A stretch of 64,000 nt of DNA from Trichoplax adhaerens (taxonomy: Eukaryota; Animalia; Placozoa). The DNA is taken from contig NW_002060954.1 in NCBI RefSeq assembly GCF_000150275.1, forward strand, positions 1,302,001 through 1,366,000, in the 5' to 3' direction. Below are positions 1-22,096 of this stretch, piece after piece. The notes under the pieces were generated by a model, which saw only the letters and a list, made by a program, of their open reading frames with translations, made no database searches and was not told the DNA's origin. A program made the position numbers and the translations under genes. The stretch's first letter is position 1. The number at the start of each line of letters is the position of its first letter.

Positions 1-95
1 TTAATTAAATTTCGTCTAACGATGTTATCAAGTATACAATTTATATATAGAAATTATTTTTAATATCTGAAAAATAAAAATACACTACTCTACAG

Positions 96-10184
<10,089 letters not shown>

Positions 10185-11235
10185 CTTATTGGCGGAAATT
10201 TAACCTAACTTTTATTCTTAACAAACTAGTTTTGTAAACTTGAAAATATACTATAGATGGTATTTTTTTGAAAATTTTATCATTTTACATAGGCTTGATA
10301 TACTACAGTCTGCAGATTTACCATGAAATTTATGAAAGTTATGGGTAAATATTATACCTGACTCCTACAATAACTTACACACGGTATCTGTTTACGTTTA
10401 TTATACGTGACATAAACCAAATGATGCATTGATCTAAATTGAGGCACACAGAAGCTTTGATAATGGTAATACAATCCGTTTTTTGATATTATTTTAACTA
10501 CATTAGCCTCATCAATACGCTTTGCGACTTGTGTTATATGGATGTTATAACGTATGACATGTTATGATCAATCCCGAGAATCGGGCATGTATAAATTCTT
10601 GTAATGTTACTACACTGATTACAAACAATATTTAAAATTGCTATTTTCACGAAGAGTTCGATCTATTAATCGTAAAAAAAAATGAATGGTGAAACTGCAA
10701 TCGATGTCTTGTAATAAGTAATGGACGTATACATTATATGTACTGTATATGTGGATATATCTTTAGTTGAAGTAAAAATTGTAACAGAAATGTAATAAAT
10801 TGAAAATTCTGCTAATTTATATCTCGCTATTTTGTAACATTTTCTAACATGTTTACGGATTACACTTTTTTATTCTTAATGCTATACTGTAGAATAAAAA
10901 GAAAACAGCTATTTTGACAGTTTCATGTCAAATTGTCCTTTTCTCTAAAGCATCGTAGACTCAATTTTAATGGAGTAGTCGTCGTAGCTTTCTTATTTTT
11001 AACTACAGCGGACTAGTGGCTATACAGTAAGTAAACTATCATTTCTTTTAGGGTTATGTTGTGTCTAGGAACCTATTGTTGACTGTCCAGTGTACACATA
11101 TCGAACAATCAGATTGAGAAGGCATCCTTTGAATGATATTGAAAGATAATTTTACAGTACGGCTCCATTTATGAACAAGTAATCTACTGTAGCAATCGTA
11201 TGATCTAGAAATTATTGATTAATATAGAACCATAA

Positions 11236-11538
11236 AGCAATGACATTGAAATGTTGCTAATTCTAATCACGATAATGGTCGTAGCTCATCAATTTTAGCT
11301 CGGGCATAATAGACTAATAGCTATGGAGCAATCACATTGCAATGTTGCTAATTCTAATAATATAGTGGCATATCATTAATTTTCCCCTAATTCTAATCAC
11401 GATAATTGTCGTAGCTCATCAATTTTAGCTCGGGCATAACAGAATAATAGCTATGGAGCAATCACATTGAAGTATTATAAATTTTAATCACGATAATGGT
11501 CGTAGCTCATCAATTTTAACTCGGGCATAATAGACTAA
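11236..11538. repeat. Three near-identical ~60-80 bp direct repeats (TTCTAATCACGATAATGGTCGTAGCTCATCAATTTTAGCTCGGGCATAATAGACTAA...)
   Basis: Copies start at ~11259, ~11389 and ~11480 with few substitutions; spacers are unequal and partly repeated. Confidence 0.9.
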
Positions 11539-11687
11539 AAGTTAATAATTATATATAATTTAAAGGTGAAGTTTTTTTTGTTGTTAAAAAAAGGAGAGAT
11601 GTAATATATGATTCCTAATTATACATGTGATTTTGCTTGAGTAATGAGTATACGGTACATTAAGAGCTAATAGATAAGCGTCACTTG

Positions 11688-12310
11688 TCTACAGTACAGT
11701 ACGTATATAAGACGAGTTCTCTATATTATAGACCAGTTCTGTTTTACTGGCCTCTCTCTGTGGGTGATTCTTGTCAATAACCAGAATAAAAATGCTGATA
11801 CTTTGAGAGTCTAAAGACGAGTCTGAATCAGTTGTGTTACTAGCCTCTCCGTTTGTGATTCTTGTTAATAACCTGAATAAACATCCTGATACTTTTCCGA
11901 GTCTAAAGACGAGTCTGAATCACTGCGTTTCTCATGAAGGAAAATATTATAGTACTGTACTGTACAGTATCTAGTCCACTTGTACCGTACTGTACCATAC
12001 TGTGCACACTGTGATCCTTTTCCAAATCGATAAATCAGCACATACTGTATTATATGCGCTTATTTTTTTACCAAATCCGAAAAATTTTTTAGATGCGGAA
12101 ATGTCGATTGATGTACGTGTATAGCATATATATTATGTTACTGTACATTGGTTAATTAATACTAAAGTCTTTAACTTCGTATTAAAGAATCGAATAAGAA
12201 AAAGAGCTTGTGCCGTTACAGTATAGCACAGTTGTGTACAGTACTGTTCGGCGCTTCGTACCCTAATGTTACTTGTAAGCAAATGGATGGCTAGTTACAG
12301 TTACAGTATA
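11688..12310. promoter_or_regulatory. TACAGTA/TACTGTA-rich upstream region of the desulfurase-TtcA gene
   Basis: Clustered TACAGTA, TACTGTA and TACCGTA units (e.g. 11950-12010, 12235-12310) within ~800 bp upstream of ATG 12485. Confidence 0.55.
11744..11922. repeat. Tandem duplication, ~93 bp unit x2 (TTACT(G/A)GCCTCTC...GAGTCTAAAGACGAGTCTGAATCA)
   Basis: Copies start at 11744 and 11837; a partial third AAGACGAGT is at ~11709. Confidence 0.85.
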
Positions 12311-12484
12311 GACTGTGTCTACTATGTCCCATAGGCTGTCAGTCATAGGATTTCCAATTCCAACTTCGTACCTCACTATTATTTCCAGCTAGTAGTGATT
12401 TCCAACACTTATCATCAGAATTATTTAAATTAAAACCTCCAATTTTTTATACTATACTGCTATTGCTATTACTGCGGTTTATTC

Positions 12485-15400
12485 ATGAATTATCAACCGT
12501 TACCTCATGGTCGTCGTTCATTTTATGAGAAACCCATCAAACCGACAAAGATTGGAGACACCGCGAACACCAATCGCCATCATCCAATTCAAAATGCTTC
12601 GGTGCTATTCCAGTATATCAATAGCAATATTATAGGTAAAAATACAACTGTGGATGGCCCTTACGGAAAAAAAAGTGGTGTGTAGATGATTAGCATTAAA
12701 TTTCATTTCTCCATTTCAGTAATATTGATATCAGGTCATATAGTTGTATGTAATTGACGCTATTTCAAATCGAATTCACTTTGCAATATGTGCTACACAT
12801 AACGATGTCATCTATTGCGTAAATCTTGTGCAAATCTGCTACTAATAAATTCCCTTTGGTTAATATTACAGTCATCTACTGTGACTATACTGCATCTGGC
12901 AAGTAAGTTGAAACCCATTAAATAGCATTATATAACAGACATGTAATTAGCTCTTGACAATGTAGCCCTTGAGTAATGTCCTCCTCTAATGGAGCTGTTG
13001 CTGACGCGTACATGAGTAATATTAGTGCTCCACTCGACAGCTTGCACAGTAATTATCAAACGCAAATTGAAAGTTCTTAAAGTAGTATTTACATAAAGTA
13101 ACTTACACGGTAAAAATACTTACTTATGACTTATGCAGCTTTAGAATGTAGTACATTATAATTACTAGGATACGTATAATTACGTACTGAATGCCTAAAA
13201 GTTTATCTAATAGCAGCTGCTATTGCAAATGCTATCACTGAATGAACTTGAGACTTATTTTAGCTTCTAGTGACAGTTTATGGATTTACAGTTAATTGAT
13301 GCTTACCGACGTTAAAACGAGTTCTACATTCACGATATAATGAACTGGTAGTATTATATTAATTAATAGCAGCAAGGTATAGTCGAGGTAGTGACAAACG
13401 TCACTAGTTATTAATCATGATACCATAACTACAACATCTTTGCTATATACATTTAATACAGTAATTCAACTTTTAGTAATGGTCCAAGTATATCTTATAC
13501 GAGTCAATGTATTTATTACTTATTTGATATAGAGCATTAGCTTTCATCGAAGATTATATCAGAAATGAAGTCCTACCTATGTATGGTAATACGCACACCA
13601 CTACGACAGTGACCTCACAACAAACAACATTGTATAGGCATGAAGCAAGGTAGATTATGCGGAAAAACCATCCATAGCAAATAGAACTCTAGTTCTTCTT
13701 GATTATTAGATTACTCGCAAATTGATGAAAATTATATCAGTCAATTTTGGTACTGAATCAGAAAAATAAATAATTTTTGTATCATGAATGATTTCTACTT
13801 TTTGAAATTTGGTACTCTGCGGTCGTTCATAATTACTATAAAAGGCTAATATAAGATATGCAGTATGTATACTTATGTTATATGATTGATTAGTTTATAA
13901 TTCAGATCTAAATAATACTTAAAATTTACTATTATTAATATAATATACAGGGACATAATACGCAGTGCAGTCAATGCTTCAGTAAATGATAGAGTTATAT
14001 TTACTGGTAGCGGTTGTACTGGAGCTATCCATGAACTTGTTCATGCATTAAATATTGATCCATCCAAAACAGTAAGTGTAATATTGCGAAAAATACTTTA
14101 ATCAGATGGCTACGTAATTATCGTAACAAATATAGAAAATATATCAAGGTAATCATATCGCTTGATATGATTGTTTTAGCGTAGAGAATTTCGCTTGCAG
14201 TATACGATGTATATGAACTGAACTATATCTTCTGTCAATTATGTTTATTGTTTGATTAACATCGGTGAATCATGTTGTATTACTTTGCTTTGGAGCTGGA
14301 AAGATTTTAATATATCAATTCTGAATATAAAGGTAATATTTGTAGGCCCATTTGAACACCATTCTAATTTATTACCATGGAGGGAGTTAGGAACTAAGGT
14401 ATCAAAGTACTATGCATATTTTGGTAACAGCTATGTCATACCGTAACGGTGTTACGATAACATCTCTCAAAAAATTTATCATTTCTGTTGTCCTTATTCT
14501 TCCTGAACATCAACGATACGTCACAGGTAATAAGGATTGCAGAAGATGAACGTGGATGTGTTGATCAAAAAGACCTTAATGAAAAACTACAAGTACGATA
14601 GTTACGGAAATTTCAACGTAACCAAATGTCAATTATGCTGATGGGAGAATTTTTCGGCATTATTGTATATGGCTGTGTACCATACTTATTGCTTTAATAT
14701 CTATTTGATAGGAAAATAAAGCTACAGCTTTTCAGATGATCGGATGCTTTTCTGCTGCTTCAAATATTACGGGAATACTCGTTGATACGGATGCTATTAC
14801 CATGTGTTTGCATAAGCATGGAGCTCTTGCCTTTTGGGACTATGCAACAGCTGGTTGGACGCTAATTTTCTAAATTGATGTTAATTACTTGCATTGTCAC
14901 TCTGAATTTGCACTATACGAGCAGTTGAGTTCTGATACAGAATGACCTATTTCTTTTCTCTAGCTCCATATACAAATATCGATATGAATCCAGTCTTAAC
15001 GCAGTAAGCCTTTTATGTTACAGTATTTTATTCATAATTTGTTAATAAGAAAAATTTAATAAAGATTCAGTGAATATATCCTTACTTTAAAATATTACTT
15101 TTGAGAATGTTATTACGCAATCCATGTCTACATTTGGTAGTATTAAGATCTTTAGTATCGTTCAGAAATCATTCTGCCCTATTTCATAAATCTTGCATAA
15201 TCATTAAAAATTCTGGTACCATTTTTCAGTGATGACCAACATTTGGCATTTAAAGATGCGATATACTTATCTCCTCACAAATTTGTCGGAGGAGTGGGTT
15301 CTCCAGGTATTCTGGATTTTGCTGTATTAATCATATTAAATTTAAACTAAACGTAGTTTCTGCCTTGAAATTGATCCCGGAAGGTTTGTTAATTGCAAAG

Positions 15401-18400
15401 AAGTCTCTATTTAGAAATCCTAGCCCTGCTATTAGTGGAGGAGGAACGGTTTTCTTCGTAAGCGTAAACAGTGCTGTATAAATGCCTTAATAATCCACAT
15501 AAATGGTATCCATAACGCTAATTAATGATGATAGGTTACACAACAGAGTCATCGATACTTGGAAGATATTGAAATCCGAGAAGAAGGTGGAACTCCTGAT
15601 ATAGTCGGTTCGGTGCGTGCCAGTTTAGCGTTTCAGCTAAAAATGGTAAATTAATAGACTATTTTATTACAGATATTGATAATGTATAAACTAGTGCGTA
15701 ATAAAATGGTGATGTTGCGATAAATTAGGCTTTAACGCCGGAGAGTATCATGAACAGGGAACGTGAGATTCTTAAGTAAGTTTGATAAGAATCGTAATAT
15801 TCTATTAAGTTTTTAGCGTCAAAAACATCTAGTTCTAAATTTATGGTCATCTAAAAGTGTTACGCCTTTGTAAGAGTATTCTGTATCATTAATTAGATTA
15901 GCCCTTGCGAAATGGTCAAAGTGCCCTAACCTGCTTATACTAGGCAATACGGACGTTCCTCGATTGCCAATATTTTCTTTCTTAATCCGTCACTCGGAAA
16001 CGAAACGTTTCTTACATTATAACTACGTATGCGTGCTATTAAACGACTTGTTCGGTATTCAAGCCAGGGGAGGATGTGCTTGTGCTGGACCGTATGCTGA
16101 GGTGTTCTAAAATGCAACTCTACCTTACTTTCGTACTAATAAACTATACAATTTTTGGGGATAATATTTCTATTTGATAATTGTCTATCAGTATAGTTGT
16201 ATAAGTCTTACGAATTAGCAACAAATGTTTGATTTATCTATTATCACTGTAGCAATTTTAACGAAAATTTGTATAAAATTAATCTATAACGGTTGTAATT
16301 AATGTTATACGATTTGGGTATTGTATACTTTCAGGACCTGCTTGGCATCAATGAAGAACTTGCTAAAAATTATGAGAGTATACTCCTTGAATATAGGTAG
16401 ATATTTTCTTAATTTCACTGTTAGTTTACCTATAAATAATGTATGTTTACGTCACTGCTTCCAAAGATTTGACGAAAGATCTGACAACGAAATTTTGAGG
16501 TACTAATAAACTTTTCATTTTATTGCCCGTACTTCTACGAGCGAGATCTCCTAATAGTTGTATTTTTTTCAATATCCGAATTACAATCAGACCGGGTTTT
16601 ACTAGGATCAATTTACCGTATTTCATGTCCGATGAGGAAATAAAATACATCACAGAAGCATTGCTTTTAACTGCTCAGCATGGATGGAAGTTACTCCCTT
16701 TCGTAAATATAAATTAAATTGAAATATTTGCCATTAATAGCGTTTCTCACCCCGGAATGAGGTACAGATTTTATATTATCTAAAATGTACCTTATTATTG
16801 TAGTATACCTTTAATCCAGAAACAAGCCAATGGAGACATCAATCATTTCAGGTTATTTTAAAGCCTACAAATTTTCAGCTTTTAGATTTAAGTAATTTTG
16901 GCTGGTACTGATTAATTACAGGTTTTTAAAGACCGAAAATGGCTAGGCAATATAAATTATGACTTAGGTTTTATGAATTATGTGAATAATACGTCAACTA
17001 ATTGCAAAGAATCTTTAGATGTACGTATTTCTTGAAGCATAGCTCGTGCGAATAATATCTGAAGATGATAATATGCTAACCATAAAACTTACTTTCATAA
17101 CAGGAATATCTTAGTCTTGCGAAAACACAGCTAGAAAAAATACACCCAGGCCAGGTTGGATTTGATATCTTCATGGTTTTATTAATGACATTGATTCATA
17201 CGTATAACCCTTCTAAGATAATAATTAGCATATAAAATTATTTATGTGCTATAGTTACCGTCGATATCTGATCAAACCTTAATACTGGGAGGGCATGGAG
17301 AGTCTCTAAGATGGTTTATGTATCCTTGTGAAGCGCAGCAAATTCTGCTTGGTAAAAATCTTAATATGGAAAGGACTTTCATACCGCCTTTTATTCCTCG
17401 TCACTATGGTGAAGATGGCGTAGTTGTATTACAAGATCATGCATGCGTGATTAATAAATGTAGTAGCAAAATCTCCGGTAATAAAACCAACGGTTACGAG
17501 AATCAAAGCCTTTCAGATTCAACACCGTGTACATTGGATAAAAACATAAGTAATGAGTGCGATGGTAAGATTTACATTGAATCGTTTCATGCTAAAACTA
17601 CATATAATTGTCTCTACACCTTTAATAATATAGCGAAATCCGGTATTGGTTTCCAAGCATCTGAACCGAAGTCTAAAATTTTAGTATCGCAATGTAAACA
17701 ATATAATTTTAAAGTTCGTTTTCATGTGCCTCCGAAAAAGATCATAAAGCTGACAATTGAGGTAAGATTTATCCTCAATATTACCTCTATCAATGCACAT
17801 AAGCGAATACCTTATATGTGCATACTGCACAGCAACAGCCATAATTTCAAATACTACCACAATTATAAATTTGTAACTGTCACTACCAAGACTGATGTGC
17901 ATGTGCCAAAGTAGAACTTATTTTAATGGAGATCAATGCATTTTACTATATTGCGAATAATTATGCTTGCAGGCAGTCCAGGATTTTAATATGATTGCAC
18001 AAAACGATAAAATTCTCGTCTGTATATCTGGAGGCAAAGATTCGCTATCATTACTACATACATTGAAGCAATATCAATTCTACGCACGTGCAAAAGTAGG
18101 TAGCATGCTTCGTAACTTATACGAATATGTACAGTAGTACAAATTATATATATACAAGTCAGCGAATTTTTATTCCAAAGGCAATTATTGAATTTACTCA
18201 TCTATTTATTTATTTTGTTTGTCAAATTTATCTCTTTTAGGGAATTCATTTTGATATTGGAGCCACCACAATTGATCCCCAATCATCTGGTTACAATCCT
18301 AGACCATTAATCAAATATATGGCTGAATTAGGAGTTCCATACTTTTATGAAGAGCAAGGTTATGACTAATTTTAATACGCGTATAGTAAAATTTTTAGAT

Positions 18401-19644
18401 ATTGTACTTTCTCCAATTCAACTGTAAAATATTTGTTCTCTTAGATATAATAACTGCAGCAAGCAACGTTGATCGCTGCGACTCGATATGTAGTTTCTGT
18501 TCCAGATTGAAGCGTGGCAGAATTTATGCATGTGCACGACGTGAGGGATATAATGTTATTGCACTAGGTCAACATCTCGATGATTTATCAGAAAGGTTTG
18601 ATATTTTTCAGTACTTACATAATCATAATGTTTCTATAATATGCTGAATCATAATGGCTTTATTCTATGCTGATATCGTGATAACTAGAGTTTCTGAATG
18701 ACTCGGTATCTTAGATATTTTGTTATTTCATAGCTTTTTAATGTCTATATTTCATAACGGTTTCTTGCGTACTATGAAGGCTTGTTATACTGTAAGGTAA
18801 GTATTATCAGAGCTAAAAAATTTGTATGGGCGTTATAAAATACCTGCGAATATTTAGTATTACATTATAAAGCAAATGGAATGTTTTCTTCGCGTATGCA
18901 TTCTACAGAGAGAAAGATCTGCGTGTTATACGGCCATTTGTTTACGTTAGAGAGCAGGAATTGAAAATATTTGCAGAACAGGTCACTGCATAGTGATATC
19001 CATTGTTATATGTTATGACAGGATCGTATGTGAAGTGATTTGCATTATATTTTCAGGCAAAGTTACCAGTGATTCCGGAAAATTGTCCGGCTTGTTTCGA
19101 AGCCCCAAAGGTAAAATATATGTTCATAAGTATTGAGCAATTTTAACATTGTATGGACACTTCACGAATACTATGCGATGTACTTATTTTTAACGAAGAA
19201 AGTTGTTCAATAGTTACCAGTTTTTGCTTATAAATTTATAGCTTTCGTTATCATAGCGATTAAATGACTACCTTGCTGAGCAAATGTGTGTAGGATTGCT
19301 TTAAGAAAATTATGATGATTAATTATAATAACGTAATTAACGGCTGTTCGTAAATAATATTAACATTACTGAGTGATATTTGATAGTAATTTCGCAATAA
19401 TTGGTATTGCGAACGTAATTTAAAAAATTTTGGACAATATTAAGTAAATAAGTTTCATGGCTGAGATGCTGTCACTTGACTTCTTTAGGAACGTCGAAGA
19501 GTAAAACAATTGTTAGCTAATCAAGAAGTATTATTCCCAATGCTTCATCAAAGTTTGCTCTCTTCCATGAAGCCATTGATGTCGAGAAACAGCGTTGGGA
19601 TGGAGTCTCGAAGGATCGTAGATAATCAATTGGATGAAGATTAA
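12485..19644 (+). CDS. Fusion protein: aminotransferase class V / SufS-like cysteine desulfurase + TtcA-like PP-loop tRNA 2-thiocytidine synthetase (multi-exon)
   Basis: Exons join in frame: 12485-12677, 12872-12902, 13533-13649 give [40 protein letters not shown]; then [42 protein letters not shown]-lysine motif [13 protein letters not shown] (~15255-15295), EEGGTP, catalytic-Cys loop [14 protein letters not shown] (~16054-16096). After a linker: [15 protein letters not shown] (PP-loop, ~18010-18057), [34 protein letters not shown]; stop TAA 19642-19644. No stop codon or intergenic gap separates the two domains. Confidence 0.85.
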
Positions 19645-20626
19645 ATATAGAAGTTCTCGCACGATATATTTGAGATTGCCGAATATGCAAAGAGGAGCGT
19701 TATTCACTTATTAATAATCACTGTATAAATATGAAAATACGCATGAAATTATTCACTATACCGTATACAGTACAGTGATTTACAATATTATGAATCCCAA
19801 ATTTTGGGTACTACATTGATACTGGTATAATGGTAAAAAATTTTGATGTAGCTCTTGTATTTTATTCTATCTTCAAATAAATTTTATTTTCAGAATGAGT
19901 TCATGCGCGAAGTGATTCTGCTAGTATTTGACGGTGATTAATATAAGAGATTTCAATGTCTAGCTTGCATGTCTATCGATACTATGCTGCATCTTACATA
20001 TAATGAAATAGCCGGTCACGATCATGGCCGGTGAGTCCATACTCGATGTTCTTAGAATAATCTTACAGCCATTAAGTAATGTCGGGGATTAATGATAATA
20101 ATAATAATATAATTACAAGATAATTTTTAAGAAGTTGTAACATATAAAGAAAGGTACATATATAAAGGCTGCCAGACTTTTCTAGGTGAGGGGAATGGGA
20201 TCTATTTTTTACTGGTGTTGCATAAATCAATGGATTCTAGCGTCATTTCAGAAGAGCTTCAGTTGAGTGAAATGATAGCAAGGTGTGGTTGTAATGGCCT
20301 CTACCTCAACTTCAGTACTGCAATATTTTTATATTTACCAATCGAACCCTCGCTCGGGATACATAACGTACTTTACTTATATTTTTTACTTTACATTATA
20401 TACTCGTAATTAAATATCGTTGCCACTTTGCACTGAGTATATTAATGCCGTATAGTTTTAGCTGGTATGATGTAGTCCCCTAACAAGCATATGTATAAAC
20501 AGCAAGAATATTATATCTAACGAGTGTACCAGTACGTAGAGCCTATAGTGCGTACTTAATTTTGTAGTGGCAACTGGCGAATAGTAGAACGTGTAATTAA
20601 AGCAGAAGTTCAAATGCTAGTTTAGA

Positions 20627-21063
20627 GTACAGTACAGTATCAGTTAATTCTATACAGTATATCCTAGCTATGGCTGTAGATATACAGATTCTTGGATGGA
20701 TGGATGCAGACACACACACATACACACACGAATACAATTATTTTCTAGAATAATATACAGTAGATGTCTCGCCTTTTCACCAAGTGCAGCAAGGACATTT
20801 TTCTTACCAACCCCTGAGGAGAGAGTTTATGTGTACAGTATGTGCGTACAGTATGTGGGGAAGGTATGTCCGTACGTCGGTATTTTCCGTTGCATATACA
20901 TTATACAGTACTGTGCTTCCCCATACAGTACGGTACTGTACAGTGTACAGTACAGTACTGTGCTTCCCTATATAGTACTGTACTGTACTGTACAGTACAT
21001 CACAGTACAGTATTCCACGCCTACAGTTACGTACAGTATATTGTACTGTACATCTGTACTGTA
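20627..21063. promoter_or_regulatory. TACAGTA/TACTGTA-saturated upstream region of the dehydrogenase gene, including a ~46-bp internal duplication (CAGTACTGTGCTTCCC...)
   Basis: Dense 5-bp (ACAGT/ACTGT) units at 20900-21063 ending ~75 bp before ATG 21140; they generate spurious YSTV/TVQY ORFs. Confidence 0.6.
20710..20729. repeat. (CA)n microsatellite
   Basis: acacacacacatacacacac. Confidence 0.8.
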
Positions 21064-21139
21064 TAAGCACCCATAGACTGGGCGGGGTAGTTTGATTCAT
21101 ATTGGTAGTAAAAACGTTCTTTCTTTACTATCATGAGCT

Positions 21140-22096
21140 ATGGCAGAAACTAATTTCATCTTATTGACAACGTACCAGCTGCTAGAAGAGCAATTGCAGA
21201 TGGTCCATCAACTTGGTCAAGTTGTACCATGGAAGGAAGTGGAAAATGAAGCTATTGCTGGTAAAATTAATGGCATATTATGTTCGTCCAACGACTACGT
21301 CAATGATGACTTATTAAAGCGTTTACCTAACCTTAAAGTGGTTAGTAATTATAGCGTCGGATGTGATAATGTCGATCCGAAAGCAATTGCAAATCGTAGC
21401 ATTCAACTAGGGTACACACCGGCTTCTAATGCTGATGCTGTAGCTGATTTTACCTTTACATTATTACTATCTTCTGCTCGTCTTTTAATCCCCGGTGCAA
21501 AGTTCTGGAGGTCAAAGGAGACTTTAGGTGAGGATTGGTTGAGATTATCTGGTGATGTCTACCGCAAGACATTAGGTATTATCGGTATGGGTGCGATCGG
21601 TTGCAAAGTTGCCCAGCGTAGCCTTGGCTTTGAGATGAAAGTACTTTATCATAGTCGTCGTCGGAAAGATAGCCATACAGAATCTAGACTCAATGCAACT
21701 TATTGCAACTTAGAGGATTTATTGCAACAAAGCGATTTTGTAATTGTAGCTGTAGCTTTAACACCTGATACTGTTGGCATAATAAGTAGAAAAGAGCTTC
21801 AATTAATGAAAAAAAATGCAATATTAATCAATATTAGCCGTGGTAAGACTGTTGATCATGATGCTTTGGTTGAGGCACTTGAAAATAAAAGTATCCAAGG
21901 TGCTGCACTAGATGTTACAGAACCCGAGCCTTTACCACTCGATCATAAATTATTAACTTTTGACAATGTTATTATCACGCCGCATATGGCATGGTCAACT
22001 TTCGATGCCCTCGAACATCAATTTAAAATGGCTATTGATAATTTAAAGTGTGGATTAAATGATCAGAAAGTACCTTACCCACTGGAACTCGACTGA
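21140..22096 (+). CDS. D-isomer-specific 2-hydroxyacid dehydrogenase (glyoxylate/hydroxypyruvate or 2-ketogluconate reductase-like), intronless, 318 aa
   Basis: Uninterrupted ORF with NYSVGCDNVD, Rossmann GIIGMGAIG, YHSRRR (NADPH-type), NISRG, LDVTEPEP and catalytic TPH; AATAAA at 22107-22112. Confidence 0.92.
   Translation: MAETNFILLTTYQLLEEQLQMVHQLGQVVPWKEVENEAIAGKINGILCSSNDYVNDDLLKRLPNLKVVSNYSVGCDNVDPKAIANRSIQLGYTPASNADAVADFTFTLLLSSARLLIPGAKFWRSKETLGEDWLRLSGDVYRKTLGIIGMGAIGCKVAQRSLGFEMKVLYHSRRRKDSHTESRLNATYCNLEDLLQQSDFVIVAVALTPDTVGIISRKELQLMKKNAILINISRGKTVDHDALVEALENKSIQGAALDVTEPEPLPLDHKLLTFDNVIITPHMAWSTFDALEHQFKMAIDNLKCGLNDQKVPYPLELD

Noticed and set aside
11236-11538. Repeat-spacer pattern resembling a CRISPR array
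   Set aside because: Repeats are ~60-80 bp, spacers are irregular and partly repeated, the context is eukaryotic and no cas genes are present.
17318-17914. 198-aa ORF as a stand-alone gene
   Set aside because: It is the linker exon(s) of the desulfurase-TtcA fusion reading on into the intron after 17761.
20696-21100. Overlapping 63-126 aa ORFs rich in YSTV/TVQY/VLYC
   Set aside because: Translation artefacts of the stop-poor 5-bp ACAGT/ACTGT units; open on both strands with no domain features.
21140-22096. Bacterial contaminant or endosymbiont insert
   Set aside because: Flanks carry the same promoter signature as host genes and an AATAAA; no operon context or composition break. Ancient horizontal transfer remains possible.
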